The position numbers and the translations under genes are program-made. This document shows positions 20,638-30,768 of a stretch of DNA of 64,000 bases, one piece after another. Source of the stretch: an uncultured Verrucomicrobiae bacterium (GTDB lineage Bacteria > Verrucomicrobiota > Verrucomicrobiia > Chthoniobacterales > UBA10450); NCBI GenBank assembly GCA_963726745.1, contig CAVSDR010000003.1, positions 1,088,001 through 1,152,000 of the forward strand, read 5' to 3'. The notes beneath the pieces were generated by a model, which saw only the letters and a program-made list of their open reading frames with translations, made no database searches and was not told the origin of the DNA. Positions within the stretch are counted from its first letter, which is position 1. Each line of letters opens with the position of its first letter.

Positions 20638-22462
20638 TTACGCGTAAACCAACAGATCGATCTCCTCCGGCAGGATGTCGGAGACGTCGCGGATAATGTT
20701 GCCGCGTAGGAGATTGATCACGGCGCTGCGGCCGGGGGCGCCGAGCAGCAAGCGGGAGGCGCCGAGGGTGGCGGCGATGTCGACGATGGTAACGGCGGCA
20801 GAGTCGCTCACGGCGTAGCAGAAGAGCGGCGGCTGGTCGCCGGCTTGCGCTTTGGCATATTCGAAGATGTCGCGGGCCTCGTCGTCACCCTGCCATTTCC
20901 GTTTGCGATCGTCCTCGGTGATGAAGCGCTGTTCGCGCACGAAGAGCAGGTAAAGCCGGCGCTTGCTTTCGCGGGCCTCGCGCAGGGCAAAGTCGAGCGT
21001 GCGCCCTTTCGAGCGGACGGCGCAGAGCATGACATCGCCTTCCCCGGCAAACGCGGCTACCTCGCCGGGCGCGGCGCCGGAGACCTGGAGCGGCAGCGTG
21101 CGCGGGAGAAGCTCGGCGCTCTCCTTGCGCGCGCGGCGTTCCTGCACCAGGCCGCGCAGGATCAGGCCGATGACCAACAAAGTGACGACAAAAATGCGCG
21201 CGTTCGGCTTGTCGATCAGGAGCGAGAGCTCGATCGCGGCCATGATGACAAAGGTGGCCAACATCAAGCCGCGCTCCCATGGCTTCATCTTCAGGGAGCG
21301 GTCGGTCGAGGTGGCGCCGAGATTGGCCGCAATCGCGCCGACCACGCCGACCGCGTAGAGATCGGCCAGGCCGGCCATATCCTTGACCAAGAGCACCAGC
21401 CCCACCGGGACGGCGGTGGCGAAGATCATCGCGAAATTCGGCACGCCCCACTTGTTCAGGTTCTGGAAGATCTTCGGCATCTCGCGGTCGCGCGCCATCA
21501 GGAACTGGATCGTGATCAAGCCGACCACGCTGGTGTTGACCGCCGAGAGGAGCAGAAACCCGAAGACGACGCTGATGATCAGGCCGAAGAGATGCCCGGC
21601 GTGCGGCCCGAGCGCGCCGCCGACGAAATTTTCGCCCATGTAGCGGAGCATGTAATCGCGCACGCCTTCCGCGCCGGGCGCGTCGACTTCGCGGCCGGTG
21701 ATGTGCAGGCCGCCGAGCGCATGCATCGCCAGGCCGAGGAGCGCGGTGAAGAAAACCACCTCGACCATGACCATCAAAAGCGCGGGCGTCGAGGTCCGGC
21801 TGACGGATGGCTGGGCATCGGTGCTGCCGGGGTTGAGCTTCATCACGCCCGTGGCGGTGGCGATCGCTTCCACGCCAGAGAGCGCGAGGACGATGCCGAC
21901 AAATCCGTTCCAGTTGGTGAAGAAGCCGCCTTCCAGCGGCCGGAGATTCGCGACTGCCGCCCCGAGATGCGGCACGCTAAAAATAGCCAGCAAGATGACG
22001 ACGATGACCGTCGGGATGGAGATGAGCACCGCGAGCCCGCCGGTGTGCTTTGGGCCGAGTAAATTCAGCAGCCCGATGCGCGAGGATCGCGAGCGCGGCG
22101 AACTTCTCCGGATGCGGCACGCCCAGGTAGGCAAAGGCGGAGAGCGCGCTGATTGCCGCCGTGACCAGGTAATCGGCGATGAGCAGGAAAGCGCCGACGA
22201 TGGAGATGATCTCCGAGCGTCCGCGCACGCTGGCGTAGACGCCGCCGCCGTCCGGATAAAGCCGGCAGATGACGACGTAGTTGAGGCCGACCAGCAGAGT
22301 CAGCGCGCACATTGCCGCGATCAGCCAGAAGGAAGCGTAACCGCCGACGGCGAAGGCCAGGCCGATGACGTAGGCTTTGCTCGTGCCCCAGTCGCCGTAG
22401 AGGATCCCGGCTGCGCGCGGGATGTCGACGTTGCGCGGTCGCTTGATGTTGGTTTCTAGCAC
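20638..22462 (-). CDS. APC-superfamily transporter, Kup/KimA-like, with C-terminal USP-like domain (apparent +1 indel ~22080)
   Basis: Joined from ORFs 21977-22462 and 20638-22134: YGDWGTSKAY, YPDGGGVY, LIADYLVT, LSGVEAIA, LYAVGV; C-terminal LLLGAPGRS.V.NLLRGNIIRDV. Confidence 0.75.
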
Positions 22463-22594
22463 AAACGCAAAGGTGAGGCGGCGCGACGCTCGGAGAGACG
22501 CCGCGCGAAGTCAATTCGCGGGCCCGGGCCCGCGCGGATGCCGCGGCAAGTGCGTGCAAATACGGCGCGCCTGTTTATCGTCCGCTTTCGTCCC

Positions 22595-23026
22595 ATGAAT
22601 ATCTCCCGCCTTCTCCTCGCGATCCTGGCCGGTTTCGCCTTCATTTTTGCCAGCGACTTCCTCGTGCACGGCCTTTGGCTGGCGGCCGATTACAAGGCGA
22701 GCGCATCGCTCTGGCGGCCGGAAGCGGAAATGCAACGCCGCATCGTGATCATGCTGGGCGGGCAACTTCTCTGCGCGCTCGCCTTCGTCTACATCTGGGC
22801 GAAGACCGGCTGGCGCCGGCGCAGCGTGCTCGACGGCTGCGCCTTCGGTTTCTGGATGGGTCTTTTCCAGCAGGTTTGGGTGATCGCGAATTACGTGGTC
22901 ATGCCCATGCCGCTGGTCCTGACGATCAAATGGTTCTTCGCCGGCCTGGCCCAGGCGATCCTCCTCGGCGCGCTCGCGGCGCTGATCTACAAGCCGCTCT
23001 CCCTCACGCAGCAACGCGGGACTTAA
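22595..23026 (+). CDS. Hypothetical 4-TM membrane protein
   Basis: Hydrophobic ORF lying 10 nt upstream of the M28 peptidase. Confidence 0.65.
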   Translation: MNISRLLLAILAGFAFIFASDFLVHGLWLAADYKASASLWRPEAEMQRRIVIMLGGQLLCALAFVYIWAKTGWRRRSVLDGCAFGFWMGLFQQVWVIANYVVMPMPLVLTIKWFFAGLAQAILLGALAALIYKPLSLTQQRGT

Positions 23027-23036
23027 CTTCATCATC

Positions 23037-24468
23037 ATGCTTCGAAATTCCTTCCTCGCTCTCCTGCTCACGGTAGCCGCAGCCGGCGCGCAAACGCCCT
23101 CGCCGTCCCCCACCCCGGCGCTGCTTTCGCCGGCGACGCTCACGGAGTTAAAGCAGCTGCAACAAGCGGCGCTGGAGAGCGATTACGCCTGGAAACAGGT
23201 GGCGCATCTCGCGAACAACATCGGCCCGCGCCTGAGCGGATCCGCGCAGGCGGCGAAGGCGGTCGAGTATGTCGCCGCTGAGCTGAAGCGACTCGGGCTC
23301 GAGGTGCGCACCGAGAAAGTGATGGTGCCGCATTGGGTCCGCGGCGAGGAGACCGCGGCGCTGGTGGAATTTCCCGGCATGGCCGAGGGGACCACGCAAA
23401 AGCTCGTCCTCTGCGCGCTCGGCGGGAGCGTGGCCACGCCGCCGGAAGGGCTCACCGCGGAGGTCGTGGTGGTGAAGGATTTCGACGAGTTGAACTCGTT
23501 AGGCCGCGAGAAAATAGCCGGCAAGATCGTGGTCTTCGATCACGCTTTCGATGAAGCCATGGCCGCGCAGGGCCGCTCCGGCGAAGCCTACGGCCAGGCC
23601 GTGGTTTATCGCAGCGATGCCGCCAGCGCCTCGGCCCGTTTGGGCGCGGTCGCGGCCCTTATCCGCTCCGTGGGCGGTGCGGATTATCGCCTGCCGCACA
23701 CCGGCGCGATGCATTACGCCGAGGACGCGCCGAAAATTCCTGCGGGCGCGCTCGCCGCGGAGGACGCGATGTTGCTGTCTAATTTAGCGCCGCAGGGGAA
23801 GCTGCGGATGCACCTCACGCTCACGCCGCAAACGCTGCCGGACGTCGAGAGCTACAACGTCATCGGCGATCTCAAAGGGAGCGCGCATCCCGAGCAGGTG
23901 GTGATTGTTTCCGGGCACCTCGACTCGTGGGATCTCGGCACGGGTGCGATCGATGACGGCGCCGGCGTGGCCGTCTCCATGCAGGTGGCCAATCTGGTGA
24001 AGCAACTGAAGTTGCAGCCTAAACGCACCATCCGCGTGATCGCCTGGATGAACGAAGAGAACGGCCTGCGCGGCGGCAAAGGCTACGCGGAGGCGCATGC
24101 CGCAGAGTTGCCGAATCACGTCGGCGCGATCGAGACCGATGGCGGTGCGGACCACCCGGTAGGGATCAACGTGAAAGGCTCGGCGGAGTTGAAAGCGGCC
24201 CTCGCGCCGGTGGGGAAAATCCTCCAATCGCAGGGCGCCGGGATTCTCGACCGGGTCGAGCACGCGGGCGCGGACATCAGCCCGCTGCTGCCCACCGGCA
24301 TGCCGCAGTTCTCCCCGATCCAGGATGGCCGGCGTTACTTTCACTACCACCACACCGCAGCCGATACGCTGGATAAAATCGTCCCGCGCGAGCTTGCGGA
24401 AACGGCCTCGATCAACGCCGTCCTCGCCTACGCGCTTGGCGAATATGGAGGAGACGCCGCCGCGTTAA
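23037..24468 (+). CDS. M28 family metallopeptidase (carboxypeptidase Q-like); apparent +1 indel near 3' end
   Basis: IGPRLSGS, PA domain, GHLDSWDLGTGAIDDGAG, NEENGLRG, YFHYHHTAADTLDK. The corrected end reads ...ALANMEETPPR* at 24468. Confidence 0.88.
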
Positions 24469-24555
24469 CGAGTGTCGCGAATTGCGACAGCGGTGTCATC
24501 GATCGCGACGCGGAAACGCTGCCAGCGTCCCGCCTTTCCCTGCGTAAAGCGGTGG

Positions 24556-24572
24556 AGGCACGGGCGTTGCTA
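24556..24572 (+). promoter_or_regulatory. Sigma54-type -24/-12 promoter
   Basis: AGGCAC-GGGCG-TTGCTA in a ~270-nt intergenic gap; predicted +1 ~24582. Confidence 0.6.
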
Positions 24573-24583
24573 AGGCGAAGCGC

Positions 24584-24682
24584 ATGTTCGCCCTCACCGC
24601 TTTTCTTTGCGCCGTTGGTTCCGTGGTCGTGAGTGTCTTCTTCGCCTGCCGCGACGAGGCCGGGCCGACCGGCCAGGTTTAG
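24584..24682 (+). CDS. Unannotated 32-aa single-TM micro-protein (leaderless)
   Basis: MFALTAFLCAVGSVVVSVFFACRDEAGPTGQV*; the ATG lies ~2 nt after the predicted sigma54 +1. Confidence 0.45.
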   Translation: MFALTAFLCAVGSVVVSVFFACRDEAGPTGQV

Positions 24683-24740
24683 TTCGGGCCGCTCGCCGCT
24701 TTACGCTGTCGCGAGGTCGCGTAGGTTCGCCGTCCCACGC

Positions 24741-25787
24741 ATGGCGGTCACACAAGAACAGATCAAAGAAGCGCTCAAGGGGGTGAAGTATCCGGGCTTT
24801 AGCCGGGACATTGTCTCCTTCGGCCTGGTCAAGGGCATCCAAATCGACGGCGAGCAGGTGACGGTGCAACTGGCGCTGGCCACAAACGAGCCGGCAATTC
24901 CGCGCACGATCAAAGCGGAGGCCGAGACGTTGCTGCAAAATTTAGCCGGCATCACGAGCGCGAAGGTGCTGGTGGATATTCATGCGCCACCGGCCGGGGC
25001 CAGCGGCGCCGCCGGCGTCGGCGCGACGCGCATCGAAGGGATCAAGCACGTGATCGCAATCGCCAGCGGCAAGGGCGGTGTGGGCAAGTCGACCGTCGCG
25101 GCCAATCTCGCGGTCGCGCTCGAGCAGAGCGGCGCGCGCGTCGGCTTGTGTGATTGCGACATCTACGGGCCGAGCATTGGGATCATGTTCGGCACGCGCG
25201 AACGGCCGACCGCGACCGAGGAAAACCGGATCATTCCGCTGGAGCAATACGGCCTGAAGCTCATGTCGATGGGCTTCCTGCTCGACGACAGTTCGCCGGC
25301 TATTTTACGCGGGCCGATGGTCACGCGTTATACCCAGCAATTTCTCCGGCAGGTGGAATGGGGCGAGCTCGACTTCCTCGTTCTCGATCTCCCGCCGGGC
25401 ACCGGCGACATCCAGCTCACGATCGTGCAGACGGTCGCGCTCGCGGGCGCGATCATTGTGAGCACGCCGCAAGAAGTGGCTTTGATCGACGCGCGCAAAG
25501 CCACGGTGATGTTCGAAAAAGTGAATGTGCCCGTGCTCGGCTTCGTCGAGAACATGAGCTACTTCATCTCGCCCACGGATGGTTCGCGACACGACATTTT
25601 CGGCCTCGGCGGCGGCGAACGCGAAGCCAAACGCCTGCGCGTGCCGCTTCTCGGCCAAATCCCGATCGACGTCCGCACGCGCGAGGCGGGCGACCGCGGC
25701 ATGCCGATCACCGCGGAGGATGAACAGTCGCCCGTGGCCGCGGAATTCCGAAAGATCGCGCAGCACTTGCGGAGCACGCTCGGGTGA
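24741..25787 (+). CDS. mrp: Mrp/ApbC (NBP35) Fe-S cluster carrier ATPase
   Basis: N-terminal DUF59-like region, ASGKGGVGKSTVA, DIYGPS, DLPPGTGD, VENMS. Confidence 0.93.
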   Translation: MAVTQEQIKEALKGVKYPGFSRDIVSFGLVKGIQIDGEQVTVQLALATNEPAIPRTIKAEAETLLQNLAGITSAKVLVDIHAPPAGASGAAGVGATRIEGIKHVIAIASGKGGVGKSTVAANLAVALEQSGARVGLCDCDIYGPSIGIMFGTRERPTATEENRIIPLEQYGLKLMSMGFLLDDSSPAILRGPMVTRYTQQFLRQVEWGELDFLVLDLPPGTGDIQLTIVQTVALAGAIIVSTPQEVALIDARKATVMFEKVNVPVLGFVENMSYFISPTDGSRHDIFGLGGGEREAKRLRVPLLGQIPIDVRTREAGDRGMPITAEDEQSPVAAEFRKIAQHLRSTLG

Positions 25788-25802
25788 AGTGTCGAGGGAT
25801 GA

Positions 25803-25819
25803 CGGCACAGGCGATGCTA
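25803..25819 (+). promoter_or_regulatory. Sigma54-type promoter upstream of DUF4032-like gene
   Basis: CGGCAC-AGGCG-ATGCTA with correct GG/GC spacing, intergenic. Confidence 0.5.
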
Positions 25820-25861
25820 AATGAGAGGAAGTCGGTTTTGTTTTGACCCCGATCTGACGCC

Positions 25862-26110
25862 ATGAGTAACAAAGGAGAAATGTCCCCCGCGGAAGCAGAG
25901 CCCACGCAGTTCGTGAAGAACTCCGTGCTCTACAAAGAATTTCTCGCGGAGCGCGAGGAGATCCTGAAGCACAAGTGGATCGAGAGCGAGAAAGCCGGCT
26001 CCGATATTGGCTTCGAGAAAGCGCTCCTCGACTGGATCGTGAAACATCGCTCCAGCTGGCGCGATAAACGCCAAAAAGATGGGAGGAAGCAGCCCGCCGA
26101 GAGCCGCTAA
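25862..26110 (+). CDS. Small DUF4032-like protein
   Basis: LYKEFLAEREEILKHKWIESEKAGSDIGFEKALLDW motif. Confidence 0.75.
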   Translation: MSNKGEMSPAEAEPTQFVKNSVLYKEFLAEREEILKHKWIESEKAGSDIGFEKALLDWIVKHRSSWRDKRQKDGRKQPAESR

Positions 26111-26124
26111 GCCGCTTCCTTTCC

Positions 26125-26167
26125 TGTTTCCTTTAACGTGATCCTGCGAGGTCGCGAAGGAAGAACA
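26125..26167 (+). promoter_or_regulatory. PyrR-binding RNA stem-loop overlapping the pyrR Shine-Dalgarno
   Basis: CCTTTAA-CGTGATC-CTGCGA-GGTCGCG-AAGG: CUUUAA bulge and CNGNGA hexaloop; the 3' arm is the AAGGAAG RBS before ATG 26167. Confidence 0.8.
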
Positions 26168-26731
26168 TGTCCGAAAACACCCCACCTCTCTCCCCCGCCG
26201 GCACGCCCGTGCTCGACGCCGCCGCCATTCGCGGCGCGCTCCGCCGCCTGGCGCACGAGATCATCGAGCGCAATCCCGACCTCGCATCCGTGGTCCTCGC
26301 CGGCGTTCCTTCGCGCGGCGTGGAAGTGGCGCGGCGGCTGGCGGATTTCATCGAGGAATTTGCCGGCAAGTCTGGTCGAGACCGGCGTGCTCGACGTCTC
26401 GATGCATCGCGACGATGTCGGGCAACGCGCCGACCTCCCGATGGTCCAGGCGTCCCATCTGCCGGTGCCGCTCGACGGGCGCACGGTCATCATCGTGGAC
26501 GACGTTTTCTACACCGGGCGCACCGCGCGCGCCGCGATGGACGCGATCGGCGGCTTCGGCCGGCCGGCGCGCATCCAGCTCGCGGTCCTGGTCGATCGCG
26601 GGCATCGCGAGCTGCCGATCCGCGCAGATTATGTCGGCAAAAATTTGCCCACCGCCGCGGGCGAGCGGGTGCGCCTTCGCCTAACGAACGTCGACCAGGA
26701 ACCGGACGCGGTTTGGCTGTTGAAAGAATGA
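26167..26731 (+). CDS. pyrR: PyrR pyrimidine regulator/UPRTase (apparent +1 indel ~26370)
   Basis: [13 protein letters not shown], then in the other frame [39 protein letters not shown]. Confidence 0.92.
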
Positions 26732-27660
26732 CGATGCGCTGGAACCGCAAAGACCTGCTCGGCATCCGCGAGCTCTCCGCGGAGGAGATCACTTTCGTGC
26801 TCGATACCGCCGATGCCTTCAAGCAAGTGGGCACGCGCGAGGTCAAGAAAGTGCCGGCGCTGCGCGGGAAGACGCTGGTTAATTTTTTCGTCGAGCCGAG
26901 CACGCGCACCCGCACTTCTTTCGAACTCGCGGCCACGCGCCTGAGCGCGGATGTGATCAACATCTCGGCCACGAGCAGCAGCCTAACGAAAGGTGAAACC
27001 CTCAAGGACACGGCCAAGGTGCTCGAGGCTTACCATGCGGATCTCATTGTCCTGCGGCACAGCTCCGCAGGCGCCGCGCAGTTTCTCGGTGAACGCCTGC
27101 GCTCGAGCGTGATCAACGCCGGCGATGGCGCGCACGAGCATCCCACACAGGCGCTGCTCGACCTTTACACCATCCGCGAACGCCGCGGCCGCATCGCGGG
27201 ATTACACGTCGCGATCGTGGGCGACATCCTCTTCAGCCGCGTGGCCCGTTCGAACATCTTCGCCCTGCTCAAGCTCGGCGCGCGCGTCACCCTGGTCGGC
27301 CCGAGCACGCTCGTGCCGCGCGTTTTCGAGCGCCTCGGCGTCACCGTCTCGCACTCGCTCGATGACATCCTGCCGACGGTCGATGTGATCAATCTCCTGC
27401 GCATTCAGCATGAGCGGCAGCGGAAGGAATACTTCCCCGGCCTGGGCGAATACATCCGGCTTTTTGGCCTAACGAAGCGTCGCGCGGAGCGTCTCCCGCC
27501 CGAGTGCTTGATCATGCATCCCGGCCCGATCAACCGCGGCGTGGAAATAGACAGCGACCTGGCCGATGGCGCGCAAAGCGTCATCCTCGACCAGGTGACC
27601 AATGGCCTGGCCGTGCGCATGGCCGTGCTCTATCTCTGCGGCGGCATTTCCACCCGATGA
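26728..27660 (+). CDS. pyrB: Aspartate carbamoyltransferase catalytic subunit
   Basis: [43 protein letters not shown]. Confidence 0.97.
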   Translation: MTMRWNRKDLLGIRELSAEEITFVLDTADAFKQVGTREVKKVPALRGKTLVNFFVEPSTRTRTSFELAATRLSADVINISATSSSLTKGETLKDTAKVLEAYHADLIVLRHSSAGAAQFLGERLRSSVINAGDGAHEHPTQALLDLYTIRERRGRIAGLHVAIVGDILFSRVARSNIFALLKLGARVTLVGPSTLVPRVFERLGVTVSHSLDDILPTVDVINLLRIQHERQRKEYFPGLGEYIRLFGLTKRRAERLPPECLIMHPGPINRGVEIDSDLADGAQSVILDQVTNGLAVRMAVLYLCGGISTR

Positions 27661-28925
27661 AAACTCTCCTGCGCAACGGCCGCATCATCGACCCGGCGAA
27701 CGGCCGGGATGAGATCGGCGACCTCCTGCTGGTCGATGGCAGGATCGGTGACGGCGATCCCGCGGGCGCGGAAGTGATCGAGGCCACGGGGCTGGTCGTC
27801 GCCCCGGGCTTGATCGACATCCATGTGCATTTCCGCGAGCCGGGCTTCGGCTGGAAGGAAACGATCGAATCCGGCGCGCGCGCGGCGGCGGCGGGCGGTT
27901 TCACCACCGTCGTCTGCATGCCGAACACCTCGCCTGTGGCCGACAGCCCGGCGACGATCGCGTGGATCAGGGATCGTGCCGCGGAGGTCGCATGCGTGAA
28001 TGTTTTGCCCTCCGGCGCGATCACGAAAAATCTCGCCGGCGAAGAGCTCGCACCGCTCGGCGCGCTCGCGCAGGCGGGGGTGGTCGCGCTCACGGATGAC
28101 GGCCATTGCGTGCAGAATAACGAGCTTATGCGCCGCGCGGTGGAGTATGCCCGCATGGTCGGCCTGCCGCTGCTGGATCATTGCCAGGATTACCAACTCG
28201 TCGGCGATGGGGTGGTGCATGAAGGCTATTGGAGCACGCTCCTGGGCCTGCCTGGCTGGCCGGCGGCAGGCGAGGAAATGATCGTCGCGCGCAACATCTT
28301 GCTGGCTGAACTCTGCGATCATCAGATCCATTGCCAGCACATCAGCGCCGCGGGAAGCGTGCGATTATTGCGCGAAGCGCGCGCCCGCGGGGTCAAGATC
28401 AGCGGCGAAGTTTGCCCGCACCATCTGGCGTTGACTGACGAAGCGATCCAGAACTTCGACACGAATTACAAAATGAATCCGCCGCTGCGGACGCGCGCGG
28501 ACATCGAGGCGCTGCTCGCGGGTTTGGCCGATGGCACGCTCGACATCCTCGCGAGCGACCATGCGCCGCACGCGAAATTTGAAAAGGAGCGCGAGTTCGA
28601 CCAGGCGCCCTTCGGCATTCTCGGCCTGGAGACGGAGCTGGGGCTTTTCCTCGACTTGCTGGTGCACAAAACCAGGACGCTCGAGCTGCCGCAAGTGATC
28701 GCCATGTTGACGGCTAATCCGGCGCGCCTTTTGAAATTAGCCAGCGGGACGTTAAGCCCCGGCGCGGTCGCCGATGTGACCCTGATCGATCCCGAGCTCG
28801 AGTGGACCGTGGACGCCGGGGAATCAGCCAGCCTCTCGTGCAACACGCCTTTCCACGGCTGGCAGCTCAAGGGCCGCGCGGTGCGCACGATCGTCGCCGG
28901 GAAGACGGTCTGGGAATTGCCCTAG
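27657..28925 (+). CDS. pyrC: Dihydroorotase
   Basis: [35 protein letters not shown]. Confidence 0.96.
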   Translation: MKTLLRNGRIIDPANGRDEIGDLLLVDGRIGDGDPAGAEVIEATGLVVAPGLIDIHVHFREPGFGWKETIESGARAAAAGGFTTVVCMPNTSPVADSPATIAWIRDRAAEVACVNVLPSGAITKNLAGEELAPLGALAQAGVVALTDDGHCVQNNELMRRAVEYARMVGLPLLDHCQDYQLVGDGVVHEGYWSTLLGLPGWPAAGEEMIVARNILLAELCDHQIHCQHISAAGSVRLLREARARGVKISGEVCPHHLALTDEAIQNFDTNYKMNPPLRTRADIEALLAGLADGTLDILASDHAPHAKFEKEREFDQAPFGILGLETELGLFLDLLVHKTRTLELPQVIAMLTANPARLLKLASGTLSPGAVADVTLIDPELEWTVDAGESASLSCNTPFHGWQLKGRAVRTIVAGKTVWELP

Positions 28926-28947
28926 GCCGCGCGTGACCTTCGCGGGC

Positions 28948-28977
28948 AAAAAAAAGCGCGACCATCGCTGGTCGCGC
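28948..28977 (-). terminator. Intrinsic terminator of sRNA copy 1
   Basis: Perfect 9-bp stem, 4-nt loop, 8 T on the minus strand. Confidence 0.85.
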
Positions 28978-29027
28978 TGCGGAAGCTAAGGAGATGTTAG
29001 TTTTAGTTGGTGACTCCCAGTTCGCAG
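28948..29027 (-). ncRNA. Putative sigma54-dependent sRNA, copy 1
   Basis: CUGCGAACUGGGAG-UCACCAACUAAAACUAACAU-CUCCUUAGCUUCCGCAG stem-loop, then the terminator GCGCGACCA-gcga-UGGUCGCGC-U8; near-identical to 30679-30759. Confidence 0.72.
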
Positions 29028-29036
29028 GTTCTTCTT

Positions 29037-29053
29037 TAGCAATGGCGGTGCCA
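29037..29053 (-). promoter_or_regulatory. Sigma54 promoter of sRNA copy 1
   Basis: TGGCAC-CGCCA-TTGCTA, a consensus match; +1 predicted at 29027. Confidence 0.8.
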
Positions 29054-29117
29054 CGGCCGCGGCTGCGGGAATCTTTTTCGATAAAACTGTCAACGCCCTC
29101 AGCTTCGATTCCTTGGT

Positions 29118-29297
29118 ATGGACTCAAGCAATAAAGACAAAGCCGAAGGCAAGTTCGACCAGGCCGCCGGCGCGGTGAAGCAGAAGGCCGGTGAGCTGAC
29201 CGGCAACAAGGAGCTCGAAGCCAAAGGCGCCGCGCAGAATGTGGCCGGCCACGTCGAGGAGAAGACGGGCGACGTGAAGAAAGTCTTCGGCAAATAA
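29118..29297 (+). CDS. csbD: CsbD family stress protein (59 aa, below ORF-track cutoff)
   Basis: MDSSNKDKAEGKFDQAAGAVKQKAGELTGNKELEAKGAAQNVAGHVEEKTGDVKKVFGK*. Confidence 0.9.
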   Translation: MDSSNKDKAEGKFDQAAGAVKQKAGELTGNKELEAKGAAQNVAGHVEEKTGDVKKVFGK

Positions 29298-29309
29298 CCG
29301 ATAAAATAA

Positions 29310-29343
29310 GAAGCGCTGCGTCCCATCCGGAACGCAGCGCTTC
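29310..29343. terminator. Hairpin between convergent genes (probably bidirectional terminator)
   Basis: GAAGCGCTGCGT...ACGCAGCGCTTC 12-bp stem. Confidence 0.7.
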
Positions 29344-29368
29344 GCTTCTCTAGCAGCGGAGCGTGGGT

Positions 29369-30613
29369 CTACTCCTCGCCGCCGTCGTCGTCGCTTCCAC
29401 CGTCATCGCCGCCGTCGTCACCGCCATCATCATCCCCACCCTCGTCGTCACTGCCGCCATCATCGTCGTCTTCGCCGTCTCCGTCGAAGTCCTGGCCGTC
29501 ATCGTCCGAATCGTCCTCCATGCTCTCCTCGTCCGCGCTGTCGTCTGATTCCACGGATTCATCGCTGTCCTCTTCGACCGCCACTTCTTCCTGCTCTTCC
29601 GCGCTCATTTCGAAGGATTCGGTCTCGGCAAAGCTTTCCTCCGCTTCCATTTCCTCGGTGCTGATCTCCTCGGAGATTTCGATGTCCTCGCTTACTTCGA
29701 GTTCCACCGCGGTTTCCGTTTCGCTCCACTCATAGCTTTCCTCGGTGGTGAACTCGGTGGAAGTCGACTCCCACTCGCTGGTGTAAGTGGAAACTTCGAT
29801 CCACTCGCTGCGGTCGGCGCTGTTGACGTAATAATCGTAGCCGTAAAGCATGCCCTCGATCTCATCGATGAGGTAAAGCGTGGAAGTAAGTGCCGCCACG
29901 GTGAAGGGCGCGTCCACGATCCGACGCGCATCGTGCTTCATTTTCTTGATGCCCTTCAGCAGCGCCTTGTCCTTGCCCGCTTTCTTTTCCATCTGGTCGA
30001 GCTTCGCGATCAGCGCCTTTTGCTGCGCCTTCAGCTTCTCAAACTCGGCTTTTTCCTTGGCGCTTAACTCGCCGCCTTTTTTCCGGCGCGCTGCTTCCTT
30101 CGAGTAATCCGTCCGCAGGACGGCGAGCGCGTGGCCCATCTTCTTGCTCGCCTCGACCACCTTCTTGTTCTTCGAATCGGTCAGCTCCCAGGCAATGGCC
30201 ATTTGCTTGTCCGCGGTGCGCGCGTCGCTGATCCCGAGGAAGAAATCGTTGCTCTTTGCCTCGAGGCCTTTTTGCGCGCGATCAATCGCCTTGGAAACCT
30301 TTTGCACCGACTTCCAGAACGGCTTGTTCTTCGCCGTTTTCGGATCGAGCCCCTGGTCGGCGCGGGCTTCTTTGATCATAAGAGCCAGCGCTTTGTTCGC
30401 CTTGGTCAGGAGTTCCCTGGCATTCGCTTTCTTGCCGCTGAGCTTCTTCTCCTTCTTCCCTTTCTTGTGCGTCTTTTTCGCTTCGCCGCTCTTGGCTTTC
30501 GCTTCGGCGGCCGCGCCGTGGGCGGTTAGGATAAGGCTGCGTTCCATTCCGAACCCGATGAGCACGGAGCACAGGGCGAGTCGGACCAATAAATTCGATT
30601 TTCGTTTGAGCAT
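29369..30613 (-). CDS. Secreted hypothetical protein, Lys-rich N-terminal half and long Asp/Glu-rich tail
   Basis: Signal-like N-terminus, helical K/A-rich body, ~135-aa acidic tail ending in DDGGDDGG repeats. Confidence 0.75.
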   Translation of the reverse strand: MLKRKSNLLVRLALCSVLIGFGMERSLILTAHGAAAEAKAKSGEAKKTHKKGKKEKKLSGKKANARELLTKANKALALMIKEARADQGLDPKTAKNKPFWKSVQKVSKAIDRAQKGLEAKSNDFFLGISDARTADKQMAIAWELTDSKNKKVVEASKKMGHALAVLRTDYSKEAARRKKGGELSAKEKAEFEKLKAQQKALIAKLDQMEKKAGKDKALLKGIKKMKHDARRIVDAPFTVAALTSTLYLIDEIEGMLYGYDYYVNSADRSEWIEVSTYTSEWESTSTEFTTEESYEWSETETAVELEVSEDIEISEEISTEEMEAEESFAETESFEMSAEEQEEVAVEEDSDESVESDDSADEESMEDDSDDDGQDFDGDGEDDDDGGSDDEGGDDDGGDDGGDDGGSDDDGGEE

Positions 30614-30678
30614 GCGCGGCCCACCGTAGCAGACGGGACGCGGTTTACTGCATAATTCGCCGGGCGATGCTCCCGGGC

Positions 30679-30759
30679 AAAAAATAAGCGCGACCATCAC
30701 TGGTCGCGCTGCGGAAGCTAAGGAGATAAGTTAGATAGTTGGTGACTCCCAGTTCGCAG
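30679..30759 (-). ncRNA. Putative sigma54-dependent sRNA, copy 2
   Basis: Same stem and terminator as copy 1; differences are confined to the loops and the U-tract. Confidence 0.72.
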
Positions 30760-30768
30760 CTCTTCTTA

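Noticed and set aside
26167..27660. PyrR-PyrB fusion (497 aa)
   Set aside because: The middle is out-of-frame pyrR; one indel restores separate pyrR and pyrB.
28988..29134. Plus-strand ORF (MLVLVGDSQF...) after AAGGAG within repeat copy 1
   Set aside because: The ATG abuts the SD with no spacer, and copy 2 has no ATG and has stops, so the conserved element is not coding.
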